Shown here in pieces: positions 1 through 8,138 of a DNA stretch of 42,140 bases. Source of the DNA: a virus. Lineage: Duplodnaviria > Caudoviricetes. The notes under the pieces are model-generated. The model was not told the origin of the DNA. It was given only the letters and a program-made list of their open reading frames with translations, and ran no database searches. Both the position numbers and the translations under genes were made by a program. The number at the start of each line of letters is the position of its first letter. The stretch's first letter is position 1. The stretch covers positions 1 through 42,140 of the IMG/VR virus record IMGVR_UViG_3300042884_000608. One strand, written 5' to 3'.

Positions 1-25
1 ATACACGCATATACGTGTTGAAGTG

Positions 26-104
26 GTGTAACAAGTGTAACAGCGTAACAAGCTATGAATATCAGCGTTTTATGCGTTACAATTGGTGTAACATGGTGTT
101 AACA
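26..104. repeat. Cluster of G(T/C)GTAACA iteron-like repeats, candidate replication origin
   Basis: GTGTAACA at 26, 35 and 86; GCGTAACA at 43; inverted GCGTTAC at 74; GTGTTAACA at 96; non-coding context. Confidence 0.55.
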
Positions 105-177
105 AGTAGAAAGAACGTTTTTAGCAGCAGGCTGCCGTAATGGCAAAAGTAAAGGTAATATTTGAAAAATCATAGTA

Positions 178-864
178 TTAGGTAAATAAATTTTCCTCAG
201 ACTTGAACATGCATAAACCTATGAACACATTTCTATGGTTTCTTAAATTACCAATTATCATTCTATTATAGGCTTTTGTATTGTAATAATCAGGTACAGA
301 ACCGTTTTTTTCTAAGCCTACAAAAAAGTGATGTTCATTATAACTTAAATCACGATAACCCTGTTTAGTTTCATCTGTAGGGTACAAAATTCGAATATCT
401 TTGTAAAGTTTATTGCTGTAGCTTTTGCCTTTTAAACTTTCTTTTATTGAATATTCAGTACCTTCAAATAAATCAAACTGAGAATCATTCACATAGTTTT
501 TAGAAGTTAAAACCATTATTTTTTTATCAGTAATATCAACAACACCCATTGATAAATGATTAGAATTTAAAGTATCAATAGTTGTAAGTTTTATTTTATT
601 AAGAATCATTTGTGTTTGTTCTTTTTTGAATAACCCAACTTGTTTAATCTTTAAAGGTCTAAAACTATTTTCGCGCCTGCATGTCATTGGTTCAACTGTA
701 ACTTCATATAGACCATGTTTTTGCATTTTATACATTTCTATTGGGTACATTCTTGTAAGTTCGTATGTATCTAAATTTATGCCTATAGTACAATGAAACG
801 TGCCTTTTAATTTGTTGTTATGTTCCCATTGGGCAATAGCAACTTGTAAGAATCTAATTTTCAT
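178..864 (-). CDS. Hypothetical protein resembling the OB-fold-like partner family found beside DUF488/DUF4326 genes
   Basis: 228 aa; motifs HCTIGI...TRMYPI...RENSFRP and C-terminal MIIGNLRNHRNVFIGL; overlaps the upstream gene by 11 nt. Confidence 0.5.
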   Translation of the reverse strand: MKIRFLQVAIAQWEHNNKLKGTFHCTIGINLDTYELTRMYPIEMYKMQKHGLYEVTVEPMTCRRENSFRPLKIKQVGLFKKEQTQMILNKIKLTTIDTLNSNHLSMGVVDITDKKIMVLTSKNYVNDSQFDLFEGTEYSIKESLKGKSYSNKLYKDIRILYPTDETKQGYRDLSYNEHHFFVGLEKNGSVPDYYNTKAYNRMIIGNLRNHRNVFIGLCMFKSEENLFT

Positions 865-1843
865 CTGCTAATTGTTTTAAATGGTCACCGTGGCATCTTT
901 GAGGCGCACAATGGCAGCCTAAAACTTTACCTTTCAAATCTTTTACTTTACTGTGAAGGCTTCTTTTGTGTTTAAAGTATTCAATATAGCCATCACATAC
1001 TTCATCTCTTGTACCATCAGAATCTAAAAAAAATGGATTGCCAAATTCTGAATACCTATCTATTTGTTTATAAATACCTTTGTCTTTAGCATATTTTAAA
1101 ACATGAAAATGTAAATTCATATTTATAACAACTGTTTCGCCTTGTTCTATTTTATCAAACAATATTTGTTCATCAATTGAAATAGGTTGTTCTTGTGTTT
1201 TCTGTTCAATTCTTTGCTCAATCTTAGCTTTAAATTCTTGGGCTTTTTGCTCTTTTAGTTCTTTAGCCTTTTCAATAATTTGCTTTTCTGTTGTTGCAAT
1301 AAATGTTGGTTCAGCTTTAGCAATAATTTGAATATCTTGTTTATTTAAAGATGATTTACCTTGCAATACAACGTTTTTCAAATCATCATTCATTTTGTCA
1401 ACACCTTTAGAAAATTGCTCGTTTCGCTTAACTTGTTTATCGCTTATGTCAAATTCTTGTGCAAGTTTTTCAGCTGTACGTAATGGGGACATTTTGTCCT
1501 CATTGTTTTGTGGTCTACCTTGACGTTGTTTCTCATTTTCATACTTTTTACCTATCAAATAATCTTTTTGTTCAGGTGTAATATTTCTTCTACCTAACTG
1601 ATTAACCAGCATCCATTCAACAACATCATATTCACTTTCAAAATTTTTACTAATAGTCTTATAACTCAATTGCCAATCCTGTGCTATCTTATACCTATTG
1701 TGCCCATCAATAATATAACCATTCCAAGTAATAATAGCATCGCGAATACCTTCTTGAATGCAATTAGTTTCAAGCTGTTTGTATTCATCGGGCGTAAGCG
1801 GTGGAATCAGCTTTTTAAATTCTTCTTTAATTTTAAGTTCCAT
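854..1843 (-). CDS. ParB/Srx-like N-terminal domain fused to C-terminal DUF4326
   Basis: N-term LIPPLTPDEYKQLE...IIDGHNRY (ParB-like); C-term IDRYSEFGNPF...LKGKVLGCHCAPQRCHGD (DUF4326 signature). Confidence 0.8.
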   Translation of the reverse strand: MELKIKEEFKKLIPPLTPDEYKQLETNCIQEGIRDAIITWNGYIIDGHNRYKIAQDWQLSYKTISKNFESEYDVVEWMLVNQLGRRNITPEQKDYLIGKKYENEKQRQGRPQNNEDKMSPLRTAEKLAQEFDISDKQVKRNEQFSKGVDKMNDDLKNVVLQGKSSLNKQDIQIIAKAEPTFIATTEKQIIEKAKELKEQKAQEFKAKIEQRIEQKTQEQPISIDEQILFDKIEQGETVVINMNLHFHVLKYAKDKGIYKQIDRYSEFGNPFFLDSDGTRDEVCDGYIEYFKHKRSLHSKVKDLKGKVLGCHCAPQRCHGDHLKQLADEN

Positions 1844-1864
1844 AACATATTTTTTAAAAAAAGT

Positions 1865-1951
1865 AAAGCCACACTATCTGTTGGGGCTTCACTACCAACT
1901 TCAAGCATGGCTTTTAATATCTTTTATGATTCTAATTGTGAAGCCGAATCA
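1865..1951 (-). promoter_or_regulatory. Two-hairpin structured 5' leader with complementary loops
   Basis: + strand: stems AAAGCCA 1865/TGGCTTT 1908, GTTGG 1880/CCAAC 1895, TGATTC 1927/GAATCA 1946; loops GGCTTCAC 1885 and GTGAAGCC 1938 are complementary. Confidence 0.65.
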
Positions 1952-1956
1952 ATACA

Positions 1957-1964
1957 CAAATATA
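1957..1964 (-). promoter_or_regulatory. Bacteroidota -7 promoter element
   Basis: TATATTTG on - strand (TAnnTTTG consensus), just upstream of the structured leader. Confidence 0.6.
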
Positions 1965-1970
1965 ACACTT

Positions 1971-2504
1971 TTATTTTTCTAATTCATCATTAAACGCTGA
2001 TTTTTTCAGCAAATCAGTATAATTCATGCTGCCTTTACGGCTAACATCGCGGCCAAATATTTTACCAAACTTTTCGGCTGCATCTTTAACGGCGTATGTT
2101 TCTGCGGCGGGTGCGGCTTTTTGCACACCATCGGTTTTAACGGCATTCCAATCGGTTGCCCCTGCGCCTTTATCTGTTTGAATTGGTGCAGCGCCTATGC
2201 CATCCTGCCACATTGCTTGCCCTGATATAGGGTTTATTACATGCAGCCTTACAGTTACTACAACTGAGTTAGCAACTATTTGTGTTGACCGTATTTCAAC
2301 GTTAAAATTGCCAAAAATACGTGTTAACAGATATTCTATTTTTTCAATAGGAATGTATTTGTAATCGCGAATCATTGGATGCTGAACTAACCACTTTGCA
2401 GGCGGGTCTTGGTTCAATAATACCGTAAGCGCGTTTTGCTTTAGGCTGTCTTCATTTTCTACTAATAGTTCCTGAAGTGTCGGAAGTTTTGTTAGTTGTG
2501 TCAT
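1971..2504 (-). CDS. Rad52/Sak-family single-strand annealing protein
   Basis: YIPIEKIEYLLTRIFG, VTVRLHV, QDGIG, AETYAVKDAAEKFG..FGRD motifs; adjacent to an exonuclease. Confidence 0.75.
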   Translation of the reverse strand: MTQLTKLPTLQELLVENEDSLKQNALTVLLNQDPPAKWLVQHPMIRDYKYIPIEKIEYLLTRIFGNFNVEIRSTQIVANSVVVTVRLHVINPISGQAMWQDGIGAAPIQTDKGAGATDWNAVKTDGVQKAAPAAETYAVKDAAEKFGKIFGRDVSRKGSMNYTDLLKKSAFNDELEK

Positions 2505-2513
2505 GGTTTGTTG

Positions 2514-3269
2514 TTATTTAGCCCAGTTAGGCAATGATAAAATATGTATTTTGTTATCAGTTGTATAGCCGTGAAAATTATTTGTTTCCTTGCATTTTTT
2601 TAGCGTTTCGATATCGGCTAAATATTCTTGGCGGCCCCGTTCTATAGCTTCGGGGTCAAGTTCATAAAGTTCTACATTAAACGGCGCTTCTTTTTCAACG
2701 GCTATAAATATAAAGCGTTCAGCCTTTGTTAGGTCCATATAAAACGCCGCTTGCACATGGTACCTGTAATTCCAAACAGATTTAGCAAATTCGTTAGGTG
2801 CTGAGTTAGTTGTTGTTTTAAGGTCAATGCAAACGTTATACTTTGTATTTAAAAAATCTACTTTGCACTTTGCGTCAAGGTCTGCAATTTTACCAAATAT
2901 AGGCAATTCCGCTTGACCCTGTTCTAAAAGTAATGCCGCCTTTGGATGTGCTAATACAGCAAATCGAATGTTTAGGGCTAATTCGTAATCTTTAAGCGAT
3001 ACAAATAATTCTTTGTCTTCTGATTCAGCCATAAAAGAATCATAAATTGCTTTACCTTCTTTAGTACGGCGGTCGCATTCAGGCAATACAGCGTAATTAT
3101 CTTGGTTAAATACAACGCTATGAACTAAACTGCCTAAGTTCATGGCTGAAGTTGGCGCCTGTTTTTCGCCTTGTATATAGGCTAAATAGTGCGCGGGTGA
3201 CTTATGTACTAAGTCTAAAAGTGATTTGCTGATGTACTCAGTTTTACGGTGATAATCTTGGTTTGTCAT
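2514..3269 (-). CDS. RecE/exonuclease VIII-like PD-(D/E)XK nuclease (DUF3799 type)
   Basis: ISKSLLD, SPAHY, GSLVH, KCKVDFL, IDLKTT, YHVQAAFY, FIAVEKEAP. Confidence 0.9.
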   Translation of the reverse strand: MTNQDYHRKTEYISKSLLDLVHKSPAHYLAYIQGEKQAPTSAMNLGSLVHSVVFNQDNYAVLPECDRRTKEGKAIYDSFMAESEDKELFVSLKDYELALNIRFAVLAHPKAALLLEQGQAELPIFGKIADLDAKCKVDFLNTKYNVCIDLKTTTNSAPNEFAKSVWNYRYHVQAAFYMDLTKAERFIFIAVEKEAPFNVELYELDPEAIERGRQEYLADIETLKKCKETNNFHGYTTDNKIHILSLPNWAK

Positions 3270-3323
3270 AACTGTGGTTCGATTAAAGATTAAATTTTAA
3301 AAATATTTTATTAAATAATAGCA

Positions 3324-3350
3324 CAAATTTAAAAAGGTTTTTTAACTTTG
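3324..3350. promoter_or_regulatory. Back-to-back divergent Bacteroidota -7 elements
   Basis: TAAATTTG on - strand (3324-3331) and TAACTTTG on + strand (3343-3350) in the gap between divergent operons. Confidence 0.6.
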
Positions 3351-3381
3351 CAACACAATTGAACGAAAAAATAAAAAATTT

Positions 3382-3618
3382 ATGAAAACATTTGAACAGC
3401 TATCTATTAGATGCGACATTTTAGGCATCAGTATTTCTGAACTTTGCAGGCGCGCTGATGTTGGGCGGCAAACTGTTGAATATTGGTCTAAGGTAGAACC
3501 GCAAACATTGACTATTTATTTTAAACTTATGAATGCTTTAAACCAAATCGAAAATGAACACAATACAGCTACGGCAATATCAATCCAAAAGCGTAAGCGA
3601 CATAAGAGAGAGTTATAA
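3382..3618 (+). CDS. Cro-like HTH DNA-binding protein
   Basis: GISISELCRRADVGRQTVEYW helix-turn-helix; first gene of the rightward operon. Confidence 0.75.
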   Translation: MKTFEQLSIRCDILGISISELCRRADVGRQTVEYWSKVEPQTLTIYFKLMNALNQIENEHNTATAISIQKRKRHKREL

Positions 3619-5065
3619 AAGTGGTAACAAAAAAGTTCTATTTGTTTTACCAACGGGCGGAGGTAAAACTGAAACGTTTATTTATATGGCAATGGAAGCA
3701 ATCGGAAAAGGTAAGCGCGTTTATTTCTTAGTGCATAAAAAAAACCTTGTTAATCAGATTTCTGAACGTTGCAGGCGATACGGTTTAAAACATGGATTCA
3801 TAGCAGGCAATCGACCGAAACAGTATTATTTGCCAGCGCAAGTGTGCAGCGTTCAAAGTTTAAAGAATAGGCTAAATGAAGTACCACAACCTGACTTACT
3901 TATAATAGATGAAGCGCACCACGCAAACGCGGGAACATGGAAGTATATTTTAGATTTTTACGCGGATTCTGTTTATGTTTTGGGCGTTACTGCTACACCG
4001 TGGCGCGGCGATGGTCAAGGTTTAGGCGATGTGTTTTCTGATTTAGTTTTAGGGCCGTTACCTGCTGAGTTGGTTAAGATTGGTAACCTTGTGATGCCTG
4101 AATATTATAATTTTAAACCGTTGGCGGATTTTACTAAGATTAAGAAAGATAAAAACGGCGAATATAAAGCTGATGATTTGTTTAAAGAAATGGATAAACC
4201 TGCTATAACGGGCAATGCAGTTGAAGAATATAAACGTTTAGCGCCAGGTGAACCTGCAATTTATAGCTGTGTAAATATTAAGCATGCCGATAATGTTGCA
4301 GCGGCGTTTAATGAAGCAGGTTTTAATGCAGTTTCTATAAATGGAACTTTTGACGAAAATGAAGTTAAGCATATTATATCGCGGTTCGCGATTCGCGATA
4401 TTCAAATATTAACGTTTTGCGATTTGATAAGCGAGGGCACAGATATACCAGCGGTTAGCGTTGTAGGAATGTTACGCCGTACAATGTCACTAAGTTTATA
4501 TTTACAGATAGTAGGACGCGGATTAAGACCGATGCAAGGCAAAGACAGATGTTTGATACTTGACCACGTAGGAAACCAGAAATTACATGGACACCCACTA
4601 ATGACGCGAGAATGGACATTGGAAGGAATGCAAAAGCGAAAACGAAAAGACACCGATGAACAGATTGATAATGAATACAAAGACTGTACAGAATGCTTTA
4701 GGACTTATGAAAAAACACACGCTGCATGTCCTTACTGCGGTTTTATTGAACCTGTAAAGGTAAGCGAAATTGAACAGGTTGCAGGCGTTGCCGTAAAAGA
4801 TGAAACAACTTTAGATGAACTATTGAAAGTTAAACGTACTGAGCAGGCAAAAAGCCGCACACTTGAAGACTTATGGCAGTTAAAAATTCAGCGCGGCCAC
4901 AAAGACAAATGGGTTTATTTTGTATTTGAAAGTAGGGTTTTAAAAGAAACTGGAACAGTTGAATACATAAACAATAAACACGGATTGAACGCTATAAACC
5001 GCGATGATTTAAAAGCTGCTATATTAAGAAAATGGAACGAATTTTATAAAACTAAAAGAAAATGA
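3554..5065 (+). CDS. SF2 DEAH-box helicase with C-terminal zinc ribbon
   Basis: LRQYQ, LPTGGGKT, IIDEAHH, GVTATP, QIVGRGLR, CTEC...CPYCG. Confidence 0.95.
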   Translation: MNTIQLRQYQSKSVSDIRESYKSGNKKVLFVLPTGGGKTETFIYMAMEAIGKGKRVYFLVHKKNLVNQISERCRRYGLKHGFIAGNRPKQYYLPAQVCSVQSLKNRLNEVPQPDLLIIDEAHHANAGTWKYILDFYADSVYVLGVTATPWRGDGQGLGDVFSDLVLGPLPAELVKIGNLVMPEYYNFKPLADFTKIKKDKNGEYKADDLFKEMDKPAITGNAVEEYKRLAPGEPAIYSCVNIKHADNVAAAFNEAGFNAVSINGTFDENEVKHIISRFAIRDIQILTFCDLISEGTDIPAVSVVGMLRRTMSLSLYLQIVGRGLRPMQGKDRCLILDHVGNQKLHGHPLMTREWTLEGMQKRKRKDTDEQIDNEYKDCTECFRTYEKTHAACPYCGFIEPVKVSEIEQVAGVAVKDETTLDELLKVKRTEQAKSRTLEDLWQLKIQRGHKDKWVYFVFESRVLKETGTVEYINNKHGLNAINRDDLKAAILRKWNEFYKTKRK

Positions 5066-5069
5066 TTAT

Positions 5070-5762
5070 ATGTTTAGTTATTATGGCAGTAAATCAAAAA
5101 TAATAGATTATTATCCACCACCAAAGCATAATAAAATAATAGAACCTTTTGCTGGAAGTGCAAGGTATAGTTTAAAATATTGGCAGAACGATGTTTTACT
5201 TGTAGATAAATACGATGTAATTGTTAATTTATGGAAATATTTGCAACAAGCTACAAAAAAAGATATTTTAAATTTACCAAATTTCAATAGAGGAGAATAT
5301 TTTAATACTGATGGCTTAATACAAGAAGAAATTTCTTTATTAGGATTTATAGCAGGTCAAGGTGCAGCATTACCACAAAAAAAAGCTGGTACATTTGATG
5401 GAATGAATGTTGAAAAAACAAAAAAACATATTATTGATAATTTACATAAAATAAAACATTGGGAAATAAAACTTGGCAGTTATGATGAAATTGAAAACAT
5501 AGAAGCAACTTGGTTTATTGACCCACCTTATCAGTATGGTGGAGATAGATATAAGCATAATAATAAAAACATAAATTTTGAAAAATTAGCAGATTGGTGT
5601 AAACTAAGAAATGGACAATCAATAGTTTGCGAAAATACAAAAGCTGATTGGTTAGAATTTAAACCAGTTATTGATATGAATGGTTCTAAACACAAAACAA
5701 CTGAAGCTATTTGGTCAAACCATAAAACTAATTACGATAATACTCAATTATCTTTTTTTTAA
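5070..5762 (+). CDS. DNA adenine methyltransferase (D12/Dam-like class)
   Basis: FSYYGSKSK, IEPFAGSA (SAM binding), FIDPPY (catalytic). Confidence 0.9.
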   Translation: MFSYYGSKSKIIDYYPPPKHNKIIEPFAGSARYSLKYWQNDVLLVDKYDVIVNLWKYLQQATKKDILNLPNFNRGEYFNTDGLIQEEISLLGFIAGQGAALPQKKAGTFDGMNVEKTKKHIIDNLHKIKHWEIKLGSYDEIENIEATWFIDPPYQYGGDRYKHNNKNINFEKLADWCKLRNGQSIVCENTKADWLEFKPVIDMNGSKHKTTEAIWSNHKTNYDNTQLSFF

Positions 5763-5790
5763 TCACAATTAACACTATTCTAACCTTACC

Positions 5791-5878
5791 TCCTGTGTAG
5801 TTTATGCGGCGAAAAACAAAACTCAAAATACTGCTAATGTTTAAAGTTTTAAGTGTCGTTCAATCCGATGCCGCAGGG
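5791..5878 (+). ncRNA. tRNA-like element 1 (non-canonical, extended anticodon arm, GCT loop)
   Basis: TCCTGTG/CGCAGGG acceptor-like stem, TA, D arm GTTT..GG..AAAC, loop CTGCTAA 5831-5837, T arm GTGTCG-TTCAATC-CGATGC; no CCA. Confidence 0.55.
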
Positions 5879-5898
5879 TTTTAAAAATTTATATCATT

Positions 5899-5988
5899 TG
5901 TAGTTTATGTGGCGAAAAACAAGGTATTTAAAATTATATCATTTTAAATTCTTCAACCTTAAGTGTCGTTCAATCCGATGCCACAGGA
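5899..5988 (+). ncRNA. tRNA-like element 2 (repeat of D and T arms, different central hairpin)
   Basis: TGTAGTTTATGTGGCGAAAAACAA and TTAAGTGTCGTTCAATCCGATGCCACAGG repeat element 1 with one substitution each. Confidence 0.5.
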
Positions 5989-6007
5989 ATATTTAAAACT
6001 TAACATT

Positions 6008-6472
6008 ATGAAACAATTAACAGCATTTATTATTTTAGTAGCCGTTTTATTTGGCTGCAAACCACAACCCAAAACAATAATTAAAACCATTTACATAACA
6101 CGCGACACATGCGATACTGATTCAGATTTTATAAACGCCATTGGCGAAATTGAAACGCTAAATACTGATTCGCTTATAGGTGACAGCGGTAGGGCTTATG
6201 GTAGGTACCAGATGCACGCGGTTTGCGTCAAAGGTTCGGGGCTTGAAGACTTACTAAATTATCAGCACAAAGATATGTTTGATTCAGTAAAGGCTGAACG
6301 CGTATTTTGGGCAGCTATGGGCGTACATTGTTATACATACGCACAAAAGTACGGTAAATATCCTAATTTAGGTGAACTTGCGCGTATGTGGAACGGTGGC
6401 CCGAATGGACATAAAAAACAAAGTACATTAAATTACCTTAAAAAATTTGAACAATGCCAAAGAAAAAATTAA
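6008..6472 (+). CDS. Lipoprotein with lysozyme-like (i-type/destabilase or lytic transglycosylase-like) domain
   Basis: Lipoprotein signal MKQLTAFIILVAVLFGC; AIGEIE, GDSGRAYGRYQ, ARMWNGGPNG; ATG 6008 preferred to GTG 5963. Confidence 0.7.
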   Translation: MKQLTAFIILVAVLFGCKPQPKTIIKTIYITRDTCDTDSDFINAIGEIETLNTDSLIGDSGRAYGRYQMHAVCVKGSGLEDLLNYQHKDMFDSVKAERVFWAAMGVHCYTYAQKYGKYPNLGELARMWNGGPNGHKKQSTLNYLKKFEQCQRKN

Positions 6473-6741
6473 CAGATTACGAAATTCTTTTAGAAATTTA
6501 CAGACGCGTTTATGCTGTTAGCGAACCGCCAGCTGATTTTGACGAACTTGTAGCAAATGCCGAAATAAACGAGCGCGGCGAAAAAGTTATAAAGTTTTTA
6601 GAATACCAATGTGAGCATGATGTAATGGAAAACATTTTGCAGGAAACAATAGCAAAGTATAAAATTAAAGGTCATAGGGCTAAAGCATTCCAATTTAGTT
6701 TTTGGCTTGGTTGTTCACCTAAAACAAAGAAAGTATCATGA
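6454..6741 (+). CDS. Hypothetical protein
   Basis: 95 aa ORF overlapping both neighbours. Confidence 0.7.
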   Translation: MPKKKLTDYEILLEIYRRVYAVSEPPADFDELVANAEINERGEKVIKFLEYQCEHDVMENILQETIAKYKIKGHRAKAFQFSFWLGCSPKTKKVS

Positions 6742-7154
6742 GTTTAGATGTTTATTTATATCGAATAAAATATGCCAGTTATGACATGGTTAATTTTCAT
6801 AAAGAAAAAGAACAACTTTATAGCGCTAACATAACCCACAATTTAAATGTAATGGCTGAACAAGCTGGCATTTACAAAGCATTATGGCGACCATATCAGT
6901 TACATAAAGATTATGTACATAGCGAAGATTATAACAAAGAAATGGCATTTGAAGATTCAGTAACTATAATTGCAAGTGACATAATTGATATTATTGAACA
7001 AGGTTTAGATTTGCTAAAAAATAGACCTGATTATTTTAGTAAGTTTAATGCTGAAAATGGTTGGGGCAAATATGTAAACTTTGTGCCATTTGTTGAAAAG
7101 TATTTAGAAGCATTAAAACAGTATCCTGATTCATTAGTAGAAGTAGATAGATAA
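6738..7154 (+). CDS. Conserved phage hypothetical protein
   Basis: MSLDV...ANITHNL..MA...NGWG pattern; ATGA overlap. Confidence 0.75.
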   Translation: MSLDVYLYRIKYASYDMVNFHKEKEQLYSANITHNLNVMAEQAGIYKALWRPYQLHKDYVHSEDYNKEMAFEDSVTIIASDIIDIIEQGLDLLKNRPDYFSKFNAENGWGKYVNFVPFVEKYLEALKQYPDSLVEVDR

Positions 7155-7155
7155 C

Positions 7156-7530
7156 ATGAAAGAACAACACCTATACAAAGCCCTGCAAGCTAAACATAGT
7201 AAACACGGCATTTTATTTCGTAATAATACGGGCACAGCATTTCAGGGCAAACGGGCGGTTATAAACAGCCGCCCTATTATAACTGAGCCGCGGCAAATAA
7301 CTTTTGGCTTATGCGTTGGTAGTTCTGATTTAATCGGATGGACTGAAAAAATTATAACTAAAGATATGGTAGGACAAAAAATTGCTATATTTACAGCCCT
7401 TGAAGTGAAAAACCTTAGCGGAAAAGCTACAAAAGAACAAATCAATTTTATTAAACAAGTCAGAAAATCGGGCGGGATAGGTGACATTTTGCGCTGGGTA
7501 GATGAAGACTTTAAAGCGGATGAAATATGA
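7156..7530 (+). CDS. VRR-NUC domain nuclease
   Basis: LFRNNTG, GSSDLIG, ALEVK, EQINFI..V...GG. Confidence 0.9.
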   Translation: MKEQHLYKALQAKHSKHGILFRNNTGTAFQGKRAVINSRPIITEPRQITFGLCVGSSDLIGWTEKIITKDMVGQKIAIFTALEVKNLSGKATKEQINFIKQVRKSGGIGDILRWVDEDFKADEI

Positions 7531-8138
7531 CCAACGAAGCGGAAAACTTACTATCGGAACTTAAAGATGAAGCGCTTAAAATGGATGCTTATATTAAAGA
7601 CGATACTAAGCGCCAAAATTACAGGCAACTTAAAGAACGCCAACTTTTAACCCTGCAAAATATCATTATTGCACTTGAAGAAAAAGAACAAAGTATTTTT
7701 GAAAAATCTATAATTTTCCCTAATAGCAAAGACTTAGAACAAGTCATTTTAGGCGCTATATTAGTAGATAATAACGCCCGCGATAAAGTTAATTTTTTAA
7801 GCCCTGAACATTTTTATTTTGACAATCACAAACTAATTTTTGAACTTTGCCAATCGGTTGAAATAGTAGATATAATAACCGTTGCTGAAAAATTAAAATA
7901 CCGTTGTGGTGGGCCTGCATATTTGGCTGAATTGACCAACCGTGTAGGTAGTTCGGCAAATTTAGAATACCACGCCAGGATACTAATTCAAAAGCATGTG
8001 CAGCGCGAATTGATAAAAACATCTGTAGAAATGATAAACACTATAATGGCTGATACTGAAGATGTATTTGAAACGGTGCGCGGGTTAATGCAAAATATTA
8101 AAAAATTTAATGTAGGCAAACAAATCATAAGACAATGA
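7527..8138 (+). CDS. Stand-alone DnaB-like helicase N-terminal domain protein
   Basis: PNSKDLEQVILGAIL, LSPEHFY..HKLIF, VDIITV, GGPAYLAEL, ANLEYHARIL; no ATPase domain. Confidence 0.85.
   Translation: MTNEAENLLSELKDEALKMDAYIKDDTKRQNYRQLKERQLLTLQNIIIALEEKEQSIFEKSIIFPNSKDLEQVILGAILVDNNARDKVNFLSPEHFYFDNHKLIFELCQSVEIVDIITVAEKLKYRCGGPAYLAELTNRVGSSANLEYHARILIQKHVQRELIKTSVEMINTIMADTEDVFETVRGLMQNIKKFNVGKQIIRQ

Noticed and set aside
1670-1993. + strand ORFs of 107 and 74 aa
   Set aside because: Antisense to the ParB-like gene and its leader; no motifs
3270-3618. Lysogeny switch (cI/cro)
   Set aside because: Divergent promoters and a Cro-like gene are present, but no repressor or integrase is in the window
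5791-5878. Canonical tRNA-Ser(GCT)
   Set aside because: Anticodon arm too long, no serine-type variable arm, 6-bp T stem, no CCA; kept only as tRNA-like
5796-5988. CRISPR mini-array
   Set aside because: Two alternating repeat blocks present only twice, structured spacers, no cas genes
5963-6007. GTG-started N-terminal extension of the lysozyme-like ORF
   Set aside because: Overlaps the T arm of the RNA element; ATG 6008 gives a clean lipoprotein signal
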